From NCBI GenBank assembly GCA_951406725.2, contig OX597821.1, positions 91,822,001-91,886,000 on the forward strand: DNA of 64,000 nucleotides, read 5' to 3'. The notes beneath the pieces were generated by a model, which saw only the letters and a list, made by a program, of their open reading frames with translations, did not search any database and was not told the DNA's origin. Of the stretch, positions 13,230-26,308 are shown piece by piece. The position numbers and the translations under genes were made by a program. Position 1 is the stretch's first letter. Each line of letters starts with the position of its first letter. The stretch comes from Octopus vulgaris. Its lineage: Eukaryota.

Positions 13230-14045
13230 CTCTTTTACAAATCGTTTGTCTTACCATTTCTGTTGTATTCTTCTGGAACATGGACATGTTATGAAAAACA
13301 TTTCAAATTATTAGAACAATTACACCAAAAGTACTTTCACGGCATTTTAAACATTAAATGAGGCTTTTTTTACTCCAGACACAGATGTCTTTGTGTCTGC
13401 AGGCATCACTTCAAGTAAATCAATGATTCTGAAAAGCAAAATGAGATGGTCTGGCTATATTGTTTGAATGGCAGATAAATGCACACCCAAACAGCTGCTT
13501 TATGGCAAGCTTGCAGAAGGGAAAAGCTATCAATGTAAACCTAAACAGGGGTTTACAGATTACATAAGGACTATCATGGAGTCACTCGGAGTGGATCTAA
13601 AGGCCATAAAAGACCTTACTTTGGATGGAACTGGACGGCAAACAAAAGTGCAGAGCGGAGTGAAAGTGTTTGAGGAGGTCAGGATAACAGATGCAAGATT
13701 CAAAAGAGACTTAAAGAAGAATGTTGCAATCAATAAGGTGAATTTCAGTGACCTTTTTGTGTGCACAGACAATGCCTTTCTTTTGCTGGGCTCAAATTTC
13801 ATTTGAGGACTCAGGAAAAACGAACCTCAACCAACTATCCTGTCTCTATATCTGTGCACACCTTTCAATGCTGTGTCTGCAATTCTAATGGAGACCTCAA
13901 AAGACATTTTAAGATCCATAAAAATCAGATCTTGACTTCAGCTCTTGGTGGTCCAAATCAGATATGCAATCTATGTGGGTATCTTTTCAAAACATTGTCT
14001 GGTTTAAAAAGCCACATCAGATGCCATGATGGGTCTAATGTGTAG
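13230..14045 (+). pseudogene. RTE-like LINE ORF2 3' fragment with C-terminal C2H2 zinc fingers
   Basis: TWTCYEKHFKLLEQLHQK..ILNIK, MRWSGYIV.MADKCTPKQLLYGKLAEGK..KPKQ.F.D, followed by three C2H2-like motifs (..LKFHLRT; CCVC..LKRHFKIH; CNLC..LKSHIRCH). Frameshifted. Confidence 0.8.
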
Positions 14046-14110
14046 GTACAGGAGGTGATCAGACTCTGCATAAGGAGTAGACTACCACCATATATATCTA
14101 TATACATCTA

Positions 14111-14175
<65 letters not shown>

Positions 14176-14298
14176 GTCTGTCTATCTATATAACTGTCTA
14201 TCTGCCTGTCTATGTATGTATGTATGTATGTATGTATCTATCTATCTAATTGTCTGTCTTTCTGTCTATGTATCTATCTATGTATCTATGTATCTATG

Positions 14299-14405
<107 letters not shown>

Positions 14406-14808
14406 GCACACATGCACACACGCACACACACACATGTGTGTGTATACAGGCTTCTGAACATGTCCTCTCTGCTCTTTTCAGTCAGGAAGTATAGGGTAAC
14501 CCAAAGTTATAGAAGATGACATTTGCCCCAGACCCCATGAAGTAGAATCAAGCTTGAACTTGGTTGCAAAATAAATGACTAAAAGACATGCACATACTCA
14601 GACCCAAAGCTGTGTATGAAAATAATCAGTGTCCAATAACACTTGCAGGCCCACGGAAATTACTGATATCAATATATTAATAGGGTAAAACTTCCACCGT
14701 GATTATCAGCAAATCAAAATCTGTAAGAAGAGTGTGACTGAACAATTCCATTTCTGATAATCTGGGGAGAAAAGATTAATAAAAGTGTATTTAGAATGTG
14801 TTATGGTT

Positions 14809-15197
14809 GATGGAAGCACTCCGTCGGTTACGACGATGAGGGTTCCGGTTGATCCGAATCAATGGAACAGCCTGCTCGTGAAATTAACGTGTAAGTGGCT
14901 GAGCACTCCACAGACACGTGTACCCTTAACGTAGTTCTCGGGGATATTCAGCGTGACACAGAGAGTGACAAGGCCGGCCCCTTGAAATACAGGTACAACA
15001 GAAACAGGAAGTAAGAGTGAGAGAAAGTTGTGGTGAAAGAGTACAGTAGTGATCACCATCACCCCCCTGCCGGAGCCTCGTGGAGCTTTTAGGTGTTTTC
15101 GCTCAATAAACACTCACAACGCCCGGTCTGGGAATCGAAACCGCAATCCTATGACCGCGAGTCCGCTGCCCTAACCACTGGGCCATTGCGCCTCCAC
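14809..15197 (-). mobile_element. Full-length tRNA-derived SINE with 11-bp TSD
   Basis: Head TGGAGGCGCAATGGCCCAGTGGTTAGG..GGTTTCGATTCC. TSD GTGTTATGGTT at 14798-14808 and 15198-15208. Confidence 0.92.
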
Positions 15198-15590
15198 GTG
15201 TTATGGTTAATAAGATACAGCAAGAGGTTTGAGAGATAAGTTTGTTAGAGTAGGCCTGAGAGGAGTTGGTATGCAACTCTCTACTTTTGAAGAGTAAAAC
15301 AGAAAGCTGCATATGCAATTTTCTTTGCTTTATTTCTCGTGAATAACCACTATCCGAAGAAGGTTAATGCAATCGTTCTTGCTAGTGAATGTATCTTCAA
15401 GTAGACAAATGATTGATAACCAATAAAAGAATGAGTTAATTAGCATTTAAGCTACTAAGTGAAACAGCACTCTCCAGGCGGCTTTCTTCTAGTTTAGGTA
15501 ACATATATTGTCTTGTCTTTCTATACATACATACGTACATAAAAATATACGTATGCATGTGTATGTGTGTGTGCGCATGTATATATATGT

Positions 15591-15648
<58 letters not shown>

Positions 15649-15756
15649 TATAAGTATATATACATATATACATATATATATCCATATATATGTGTATATA
15701 TACACACGTATATATGTATATATACTTATATGTTTGTATATATATGTTTATGTATA

Positions 15757-15820
<64 letters not shown>

Positions 15821-16727
15821 TATACATATACATATTTGTATTTATGCATATATCCATGCATATGCACACAAACACACGCATGTAGATTTGCAGTAGTATA
15901 TTGTCTAATATGTCATTTCCTAACTTTGAAAGAAAGATCAAAACACATTGAATGGTGAAATATGAAAGAGGAATGAAAAAAATTATTCAAATAATAACTT
16001 TTAAACGTTTACAGCAAAAAACTCCAATAATACATGGAATAGTGAAACAACTTTAAAACACTTAATAACTTTTAAATATTTATAAGAAAAAAATCAGGAA
16101 CTATAGAAAAGTAAGATGTGAAAGTAGCTTGATTTGTTTTCCTTGAATAATATTTCCTTCATTTCTTTAAAAAAATTGTAATTGCTATAAAAATATTATG
16201 ACAGCAATATCAGGATAAGTTAGACTAATGGGAAAAAGTAATAAAGAATTGAATCTAGGTATATACCTTTGAACACATGTATACACTTAAACAGTTTTAG
16301 TCTTGTTTCATTTATACCCCTGGAATTTGATGAAATGAGTGGCCACATGGTTTGTGTTTACAGTTGACTCTGCATCCTTTAAGGCCCTCATGCTTTCCGA
16401 AATCCGCCGAAACTACACTTGATTATACATACACTTTAGATGAGTTGTAGTGCACCTGAGCACTGTACACAATGTTTTATTATATATTATATATATTATT
16501 ATATATAAAATAATGTAGTTTCTACCAATAAACACAAAATCATATGGCCGTCCACTTTTGCATCTTCCAGAGAAAATCAGAGAAAATCGCACCCATTAAA
16601 GCTTACTCATAGATTCAAAGTGCTAAAAATGGAGACGGGATATGTTTCCATCTTTTGAGAGCAGAAGTCACTATGGAATAATCTAGAGTTTACTCTTTTA
16701 GCATTTAGGTTACTCTGTCAAATGCAT

Positions 16728-17119
16728 ACTCTTTACTTACTTGTTTCAGTCATTTGACTGCAGCTATGCTGGAGCACCACCTTTAGTCAAGCAAATCGAC
16801 CCCAGGACTTATTCTTTGTAAGCCTAGTACTTATTCTATCGGTAACTTTTGCTGAACTGCTATGTTACAGGGACGTAAACACAGCACACAATGTTGGGGA
16901 GACAAACACAGACACACAAACACACATACCCATATATATACATATACATATATACGGTGGGCTTGTTTTCAGTTTTAATTTACCAAATCAACTCACAAGG
17001 CTTTGGTTGGCCTGAGGCTATGGTAGAAGACACTTGCCCAAGGTGCCACGCAGTGGGACTGAACCAAGAACCATGTGGTTGATAAGCGAGCTACTTACTA
17101 CACAGCCACTCCTGTGCCT
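16728..17119 (-). mobile_element. SINE family A copy
   Basis: Reverse-complement match. Confidence 0.88.
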
Positions 17120-17204
17120 ATATTATTCATATGAATTATTATTGATATGTATTATCTTGTAACTTTGAGATTTTGCCTTTAGAATAACATCGTGATGTAA
17201 CCCA

Positions 17205-17414
17205 CTTTGAAGGGGTTTTTAATTGAACAAGTCAACCCCAGCACTTCTTTCTTAAATCAGCTTGTTTTGATAAACTACTAGGTTACTGGGACATAAACAA
17301 AGCAACACCAGATGTCAAGAGGTAGTGGGTGAGAAACAAACAGAAACACACACATGCATGCATACACACACACATACACACACAAGCACACACACATGCA
17401 CATACATACACACA

Positions 17415-17445
<31 letters not shown>

Positions 17446-17850
17446 GACTGGCTTCCACGCAGTTTCTTATTTCTTTATTGCCCAAAAGGGGCCAAACATA
17501 GAGGGGACAAACAAAAACAGACAAACGGATTAAGTCGATTTCATCAACTCCAGTGCATAACTGGTACTTAATTTATCAACCCCAAAACGATGAAAGGCAA
17601 AGTTGACCTCAGCAGAATTTGAACTCAGAATGTAACTGCAGACGAAATGACGCTAAGCATTTCGGCTGGCGTGCTAACGTTTCTTCTAGTTCCCTGCCTC
17701 ACAGTTTTTGTCTACCAAATTCACTCACAAGGCATTGATCAGCCCAAGGTTATATTAGAAGTCACTTGCCCAAAGTGCAACATGTTGGGAGTGAACCCAA
17801 AACCATGTGGTTACAAAGCAAACTTCTTAACCACACAACCATGCCTACAC
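17205..17850 (-). mobile_element. Older SINE family A copy with nested family B SINE (17461-17690)
   Basis: Family A halves are separated by family B sequence, with CAGTTT at both junctions. Confidence 0.75.
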
Positions 17851-17998
17851 CTATAAATTAAATTTGAATGGTTCCCCCATCACCACCACCACCACCACTT
17901 TCATTGAAATATGGAATATCATAAAAATATGGAATACCTTTTTAATGGAAAAGGAGAAATAAGCTATATTAAATCTATATAAATAAGCTATATTATAA

Positions 17999-18220
17999 GG
18001 CGGCGAGCTGGCAGAAACGTCGGGCGAAATGTGTAGCCGTATTTCGTCTACCGTTACGTTGTGAGTTCAAATTCCGCCGAGGTCGACTTTGCCTTTCATC
18101 CTTTCGGGGTCGATAAATTAAGTACCAGTTATGCACTGGGGTCGATGTAATCGACTTAATCCGTTTGTCTGACCTTGTTTGTCCCCTCTGTGTTTAGCCT
18201 CTTGTGGGTAGTAAAGAAAT
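17999..18220 (+). mobile_element. SINE family B (Meta/MESC-like core)
   Basis: GGCGGCGAGCTGGCAGAA..GAGTTCAAATTCC head and core GACTTTGCCTTTCATCCTTTCGGGGTCGATAAATTAAGTACCAG. Confidence 0.85.
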
Positions 18221-18319
18221 ATATATTAAATCTCTGAGCATGATATAAACAGTAGTAGAATTTTGCTTAGAGATTTAATACAGTTTATCTTTCCTTTTTC
18301 GAGATCGGTGACAGTTTGT

Positions 18320-18535
18320 TGCTGGAAAAAGCAGATCGTATTTTGCGAGTGGAATGAGTTTTCAACACTAGCTTCTGATTAACACATGCTGAGGAGGGGT
18401 AACCACCCAGAAACTCGAGTCTCTGTGTATCACATAAGGCTAGAGATGGGAGCAATGACCGCCCCTCACAAATACTAATCGGACACAGAATGGGTGTCAT
18501 TATCCAGCTGGAGGAGATGTCTTCCTGGGGATATA
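18320..18535 (+). mobile_element. Penelope-like pLTR-type repeat with minimal hammerhead motif (18376-18432)
   Basis: TGAT..ACACATG-CTGAGGA-GGGGT(AACC)ACCCA-GAAA-CTCGAG-TC-TCTGTGTATCA. Collinear with the reverse complement of 47480-47690. Confidence 0.6.
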
Positions 18536-20135
18536 AACATCAGTAGCACTGTCCTGTATAGGACGCCACACTTGGTTGGCAATTATATGTTATTTTTCTA
18601 ATGGTTAGTCACTATATGACTCTCTCTGGTATTAAATCCCCACCCTCTTAAATACTCCCCCACATGATCAAGAGAGCTTTTCTCTTTCTCTCTTTATCCC
18701 TTTTCTTGTTCTTTTCTGCTTAATAAGTTGCTTGGCAACATCACTAGTGCCAGCAACATGAGAAAAGCCCTCAGTACACAGTAAAGTGATTAGGACTAGG
18801 AAGCTCATTTAACTATTAAAAACCATGCCAAAGCTGACTTAGCATGATGCAGCCTGTGGCACAGTGCAGTGCTGTGGGTCATTGGATCCTCATAAACTCT
18901 CCAACCCATGTCAGCATGAAAAACAGACATTAAATGATAATGATGAATGTTGGTGCCAAACTGTATCTGCCTAAATTGGTAAACTTTCGTTTGGATACAC
19001 ATCAGTGTTTTGGAGGGAAGAGTATTTCACATGTGGCCAAATGCTAGTCATCATCATCATCATCATCATTGTCTAACGTCCGTTTTCCATACTGGCATGG
19101 GTTGGACGGTTTATCCTTTCGGGGTCAATAAATTAAGTACCAGTTACGCACTGGGATCGATGTAATCGACTTAATCCCTTCGTCTGTCCTCGTTTGTCTC
19201 CTCTATGTTTAGCCCCTTGTGGGATGGTTTCTATAGCTGGATGTTCTTCCTAATGCTGACCTCTTTACAGAATCTGTTGGGTGCATTTTTGTCATGCCAC
19301 CAGCATGGGTGTGTTTCAGCAGAAACGGCACAGGTGCATTTTATGTGGTACTGGCAACCCATAAAGGACAAGCCTGTCTGTATGTATGGACGACAGCGAT
19401 TTTATTTAGCTTGATGCATCTTCTCAAGTACAGCAAAATCGCCCTCAAAAATCTTCTTCAGGTCTGCAGATGCATGGTCAACACTGACTGATGGTGGCCC
19501 TAAACTAACAGCTTGGTAGACTGAAAACCATGCACAGTGAACTATTTCAAGATGTTAAAACATAAAATGAAACATTTGCAACAGATTTGAACACTGAGTG
19601 CATGAGTTGGTAGCCTTGATAGCTTGCCTATTCAGACATTTTACTGCCCATCTCCCACCACTCTGTCTCTTTCTGTCTCTTTGTGTCTCTCTCTTTCTCT
19701 CTCCAAATATAGCTTTCTATAATCATTCAAAAGATCTATCATCATTTATCCACTTCGATTAATAATTCTCTCCTGGGTTTTTCTTAACTACCACCAACAT
19801 TACTATCAACATATCATTATCAATGTAGTTACTTATATCCTGTTACTGTTTCTTTTCTGCTGATGGTGATAACGTTAATGACGACAATGACGACGACGAC
19901 GACGATGGTGGTGGTGGGGATGAGGATGAAGATGATGATGGTGATGATGACGACAGTGATGATGATGATGATCATGATGACGACGATGCTTTTTAGTAGC
20001 TATTTCTCACTTGTTTGAACACGATAGAACTATTACTTTTTTTGATAAATGGTCTATTTAACATTTCAAATAGTTAAAGAACTTAATATAATGTTCTTGT
20101 CTAGTGTTAGTAATCGTGCTTATATGTGTGTGCTG

Positions 20136-20178
<43 letters not shown>

Positions 20179-21051
20179 TATTATTGTTATTATTATTATT
20201 TTGCAATTTTGTTTTTGTTTTATTGCTTGCTTCTTTTGGGGGGGTTTATTTTTGTATTTTTGTTGTTTTATTTTATTTTATTTTATTTTAATTTTTTTTT
20301 TTTTTTTTTTCATTTTACCCTATCTCCTGTTAGAAAATAGAAGTAAATAATCAGTAAGGAAATTGTGTAATTCCTTGTCTCTTTCTACCAAATGAGAATA
20401 TTTTTCACTTAATAGAAAAATGTGTATAGCTTCCAACTTTTGTACATATGTGTGTTCATGCATGAGCGTGTGTCTTTATATCAGACAGTGTGACTTGGAG
20501 AAACTATTTTACACTGATGTCATTGCTCTTCTTACTGCTAGTGTTCTTATTGTTAGATTAATTCCTTGATCAACGGTCATTGGTTGTTATTATTAGTTAG
20601 GTTTGGTTGAACAGTCATAATGAGAACTCAGATTCAGAGATGTTAAGCTATCAAACTGCTCATAAATTATAGAATTTTCTCTTTTATTCTGTCACTGGTT
20701 CACAGTTCTCTACTATACCAGTTGGCATTGGTTATATAGACATAAGATGGATGTTGGAAATGTTAACAATGGAATAATACAATGTTAGTACTGACTGAAT
20801 CAATAGGCTTGTTGAGAAGATGCTAACTGGATCGTCACACAATGCCAACTTCAACTAGACAGACACAGCGTATATGTGTCAACCAGATAGATAAAGTGTT
20901 GATTTAGTATTAAGTTAGTAAAAGTTAGACCGAATATTTATGTGTTTAAGTATATAAGAATATATAAGAAGTTATGTGTAAGTATACATACATACATACA
21001 TACACACATACATACATACACACATACATACATACATACATACATACATAC

Positions 21052-21217
21052 ATCATCATCATCATCGTTTAACGTCCATTCTCCATGCTAGCATGGGTTG
21101 GACGGTTCGACCGGGGATCTGGGAAGCCAGAAGGCTGCACCAGACTCCGGTCTTATCTGGCAATGTTTCTACAGCTGGATACCCTTCCTAACGCCAACCA
21201 CTCCGTGAGTGTAGTGT
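21052..21217 (-). mobile_element. RTE-type 3' end
   Basis: (CAT)n CGTTTAACGTCC..CCATGCTAGCATGGGTTGG..CCTTCCTAACGCCAACC. Confidence 0.8.
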
Positions 21218-21247
21218 ATATACATATATATGTATAAATTAGAAATA

Positions 21248-21358
21248 TAATTTAGGGTATCTAAGAGATACCTCCATGCTGGAAATATCACGTGGTTTAA
21301 GAGTCAAGTTTTGGCTGCTATTTCCAGAATGGAGGTATCTCTTAGATACCCTAAATTA
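21248..21358. repeat. 40-bp inverted repeat with 31-nt spacer
   Basis: TAATTTAGGGTATCTAAGAGATACCTCCATGCTGGAAATA / TATTTCCAGAATGGAGGTATCTCTTAGATACCCTAAATTA (1 mismatch). Confidence 0.92.
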
Positions 21359-21494
21359 CAATTTTAATAGTAATTATTACCTTTGAAGGTTTTTAATCCC
21401 ATGCTGGCCACTTGATATGATTGATAATTAAATTAACAATCTTATCTTTATATATATATATATGCATCCTGTACAAGTGTCACACAAAGTGTAA

Positions 21495-21700
21495 TCGTGC
21501 CAGTGCCACAGGAAAAGCACTCGTGCTGGTGCCACGTAAAAGCATCCAGCACATTCTGTAAAATGGTTGCTGTTAGGAAGGGCATCCAACCATAGAAACT
21601 ACAACTAATCAAACTGGAGCCTGGTATACAGCTCTCCAGCTTGCCAGGTCCGGTTAAACTGTCCAACCCTTGCCAGCATGGAAATCAGACATTAAAAGTT
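21495..21700 (+). mobile_element. RTE-type 3' end
   Basis: GTGCCACGTAAAAGCA..TTAGGAAGGGCATCC..CCAGCATGGAAA, running into a GAT array. Confidence 0.75.
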
Positions 21701-21746
21701 GATGATGATGATGATGATGACAATGATGATGACGAGGATGACGACA

Positions 21747-21780
<34 letters not shown>

Positions 21781-21799
21781 CGATGACAATGAGGATGAC

Positions 21800-21831
<32 letters not shown>

Positions 21832-21880
21832 CGATGACGATGATGATGATGATGATGACGATGATGATGATGATGATGAC

Positions 21881-21918
<38 letters not shown>

Positions 21919-21944
21919 CAATGAGGATGACAATGATGATGATG

Positions 21945-21976
<32 letters not shown>

Positions 21977-22150
21977 GATTATGATGATGATGACGATGAC
22001 GATGACGACGATGATGATGATGATGATGACGATGATGATGATGACGATGATGATGATGATGATGACGATGATGATGACGATGATGATGACAATGAGGATG
22101 ACGACGACGACGATGATGATGATGATGATGATGACAATGATGATGATGAT
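21700..22150 (+). repeat. (GAT/GAC)n microsatellite, ~450 bp
   Basis: Direct reading. Confidence 0.97.
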
Positions 22151-22894
22151 GGTAGATTGATAGATGCTCTACAAGTATTGAAGCATCAGTTTTTATTATT
22201 ATTCATAAGTGAGAGGAAGAGGACCCACGCCCAATAATTTTGTAAATGGATTATCGCAAACTAGTAAGGACCTATATATAGTTGATAGGTCATTTTGAAG
22301 TTTAGTAGTAAGAAAAGTTTTGGAAAGGAAAGAGCTGAGGATGGGTGTAATTCAAAATCTAAAATATCTAGTGTGGGAATTGTGATGTAAAACAGTGTAG
22401 ACATTGGAAAAGAAAGTAACAGATGCTCAAACCAGACTGGACAGTACTGGTATACAGCTCATTACTTCAAAGGAGAATAAGCTGTAGAAGTAATGAAAGA
22501 TGAGAGTGAGAAAAGTAACAATGTTTAATTAATTAATAATGATTATCAATAAACCAAATAACATTGTTGTTAATCTCATATAAAGTTAGTTATGGCTTAA
22601 TTATAAGATCGAGAAATACACCAGTTTGTGTTTCTTTTGATCTTTGTAATTGGTCAGTAACTGACCAGAACTAAAGTATTTTCTGGCTCTGAAGAAACCT
22701 ATATTTTTAATATAAGTTTTTGTCATGTTATACATTTATGGCTTCCACCATGAGAAAGGCAATAAAGGCATCAAAGAAAGCAACGCCTAATGTAGTAAAT
22801 TTGAAGACTTTTGTCGTAGGTTACTCATATGTAGGGAATGTACAGTACAATATTTTTCCTTAATATGTTTAGTAATTCTGTGTAGGTAAACGGT

Positions 22895-23222
22895 AAAGGG
22901 TAAAGACCTCTTTCAGTCCTGAAAGATCATAAGATTGCTTCTAGAAAGTTACACCCCCCCCCAAGGCACAAATCTGGGCAAGATTGTTTGTGGAAGACAA
23001 GCAGTTGCCCATGCATACCCACCTCTTCTTTCTACACCACTGATGTTACCCAAGGGAAAGAAAAAGTCCAATACAGCTTGGTACCAGTAATGTCACAACT
23101 CATTTTTACAGCTGAGTGAACTGGAGTAATGTGCTCAAAAGCACAACACAGCCTTGTACAGGAATCATACTCTCTTTCACATGATTGCAAGCTCAATGCT
23201 GTAACCACTGAGCCATTTGCCT
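22895..23222 (-). mobile_element. Old tRNA-headed CORE-like SINE
   Basis: Minus strand ATGGCTCAGTGGTTA head, CCAGTTCACTCAGCTGTAAAAATGAG core, and CTTTAC tail. Confidence 0.6.
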
Positions 23223-24149
23223 TTGTGTAAGTGCCATTGGTAAAAAAACAGTGTTGTCTGTTTTTGGAGTATGTTTTTTTTAGGATCATGATTATAGAAG
23301 AGATACAAGTCAAGCCTGAGTCACAAGATAGTATGTAGTTAACTGGAAGGACATGTACTTACTTGGAATGATGACCGGTGGAACACAACATTTAAATGTT
23401 GTATAGACTTCAAGCGATCGTTTTTTAATGAGTGAGAGATTTTTAAATATGGATTTTAACTTGCTAGACAATTAATATGTATTGATTGTATACACACAAA
23501 AAAATGGACTTTTGACAGCACAGACACAGACAGATAAATTCTGACTGGAGAGATGTAAATCATAAATAATGCATTTGTGTATAATTAGTGTTGTTATCAC
23601 AGGTAATCTCACACTGAACAAACCTATTGCACATAGGTTGTCAGCTGAAAAAAACCAAGCACAATCAACATATTTTATTTTCATTGTGCTATGCTTTTGT
23701 CTAGTCCATGACCATACGGCACACTGACAAACAGTGAATTGTATTGGATACTGTGTGGCCATCTAGACACACTATACTCTCTCCAAGGTCCAGTCTATTT
23801 CTATTGTGGCTGCAACAAAAGTGGGTAAAGTGAACTTAGTCAGGACACAGCAGTTGCTCTTTCTTTGCTCTTATTGTTGGTGGTATATATCCCAGCACAG
23901 TGTTTCAGTTAATTCATGTTCCCGTGTGAAAGCAATTTAGCTAAAAGAGTGTTATCATAATTCTATTGTAGCACTGTTATATAAACTGTTGTGATGTTTA
24001 GAGATGGATTTTATGTATTGAGAAGAACTGTATGGTGTTGAAGCTTGCTGTGGCAACAACCAGTATGTGCTTCTGAAATGTCGAGGTAGTCTTCTATTTT
24101 TAATATTTTTGTGGTCTGTGCACAACTAGATTTGTAGTTTATACACAAC

Positions 24150-24467
24150 ATAGGCAAGGGGTTCTGAAGGGGTCTCAGGGAGTAGCGTCCCTGCCTTCCT
24201 GAGCTAGTTTTTTCCACCACATTTCTTAAAAATTGTGGTAGAATCCTTGGTCTCAGGACCACTCATGTCTAGAAACTGAAGTTGGGGGTAAGCAAGGGCA
24301 TGTTCCAAAAAAGCCTCATGATAGCAAGGGAGAATGAACTCCAGCCAGCCCAAAGGTTGGGGTGGGCTGCACCTGCCTGCCTCAGTTGCTATGGCATTGA
24401 GGTAGATCTGGCCACCCCAATTAATAGCGACAAAACCCGGATTAAAAACTCTAGATGATGATGATGA
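24150..24467 (+). mobile_element. Second retroposon 3' end with (GAT)n tail
   Basis: GC-richer block containing TTGGGGGTAAGCAAGGGCATG and ending TAAAAACTCTA(GAT)n. Confidence 0.5.
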
Positions 24468-25150
24468 CAATAGCAATATATGGTTTAAATGTTACCCATG
24501 AGATAAAATGTATCGGTATACATAATTTTGGCAACTCTACTTTGGGATCTACATAAACAATACATATGGGTATTGGCATAACTGTGTGGTTTGTATGTTC
24601 GTTTCACAATTACGTGGTTTTGTATTTGATTCAATAACAGAAATTTGGGAAAGTTTCCACCTAAGCATTATGAGTGATATTTTGTAGAATTATTCCATCA
24701 CCCAGCTTAAAACCACTACGTGCTCCTTATGTACTTGTAGCAGAGCCTACTTTACTATAAACATTCTAAGTTGGGTTCTTGTCTGAGGAAAATGTCCTCC
24801 TTTCTCCTTGCTACTTTTAGAGGCCCAGGAAAATGTCTCTTTTCTTCTGCTCATGAAAGGGGGACATTAAACAATGATGATGATGAGGAGGAGGATTTGT
24901 TCATGAAATAATTACCACAAAACATTATATATTCCTTGACGATGGTCATATTTTGACAATTAAATATATGCACTATATATTTGGTCTTCACTTCAGCTTT
25001 ATTATCATTACTTTAGTTTCTTTGTCAAAGATATTCTGTCTCACATCCTATGACCTCTTCAGTGAAATATTCCATATTTCTGATGATACAACTGTACTCA
25101 GTGAAAATGGTATTAAGATAACTTTGGTAGGAAACTGAAAATTGATCTAA

Positions 25151-25483
25151 TTATTACCCTGCACATGTAAGCGAAAGCAGAGTATTGTAGTCACTCCTCT
25201 TTGTCTGTCTGTGTGTTTGCAAAATTATTGGGAAATGGCTGAATGGATTTTCACCAAATTTGGCAGAAATACTTATTGGGTAAGTGGCTTGAACTCATTA
25301 AATTTTGGTCAGGTGAATCAAGATGTTTTTTTTTTTTGTTATATATTCTTAAGCAATATGCAGGATAAATAACTCTTGATGTCATTTTGTTGAAATATTA
25401 ATTTGTCTGAGCTCATTAGATTAAATTCTATTTTATTTTTGCTTGTGTGCACAGGGTATGAATCACCCCTCTGATGCCTTTTT
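25151..25483 (+). mobile_element. Helentron-associated (DINE-1/HINE-like) element
   Basis: 5' TTATTACCCTGCACA and 3' TGTGCACAGGGTAT subterminal inverted repeats, a GTCTGTCTGT tract, a GATTTTCACCAAATTTGG core, and a terminal T run. Confidence 0.6.
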
Positions 25484-26149
25484 ATTATTATTTTTATTGC
25501 ATCTTCGATTATTTAAGTCTAAACAATTCTATATTTCTCTACCAATAAAGATACAGCTTAGTATATTTACTTAGCAAATGCTTTAGTGTTCACTTTTTAC
25601 TTTTTATGATGATGATGATGATGAGGTCAGAATAATACTGAAGAATGTTTAGTGTGCTTGCTGGGAAAAAAGAAAAAAAATGAAAATAATAATAAGATTG
25701 ACTAATATTGTTTTCCTTACTGCATATTACTTTTATTCAGCATTTTAAAGTTTCATGTATTTTAACACTGACTAACTACTTTTTATGCGTAGCTGAATTA
25801 TTATGACAAACTGGTTTATGTAAAATTAACAAACCTACAATACTATCAAAACACAAAGGCAAAAAGAATATAGCTCACTCGGCTTAGCTGCTACTGCTAT
25901 TGATGCTGTCATTGCTCACCCACGCATCATCATTTTATATCCGTTTTTCCATTGGACTTTCAATATATATATAAATAAAACATTTTTAAAATACTAGAGG
26001 CTTGTTGTGTACGTTGGGAAAGGTGGGCTGTAATAATACTACATCACATTCTTTTCTGGTTGTACAAATAAATGTCAAAATTAAGTGTCCCCGCCATTTC
26101 CTATCATATATAATCTAATCAACTTAAAGTTTTCAGAGCTATCTCTTCT

Positions 26150-26308
<159 letters not shown>

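Noticed and set aside
15125-15197. tRNA genes (also 1167, 27808, 34003, 44860)
   Set aside because: These are tRNA-derived SINE heads that continue into repeat bodies and lack a proper acceptor stem.
15436-15958. Many YI/IY-, poly-I-, poly-L- and HT-repeat ORFs here and at 32, 46, 52-53 and 57 kb
   Set aside because: They are translations of (TA)n, (CA)n and (ATT)n microsatellites.
21641-22237. 198-aa poly-Asp ORF (acidic biomineral-protein-like)
   Set aside because: It is a (GAT)n expansion of a retroposon tail. The ORF starts within the repeat at a non-ATG codon and has no signal peptide or unique sequence.
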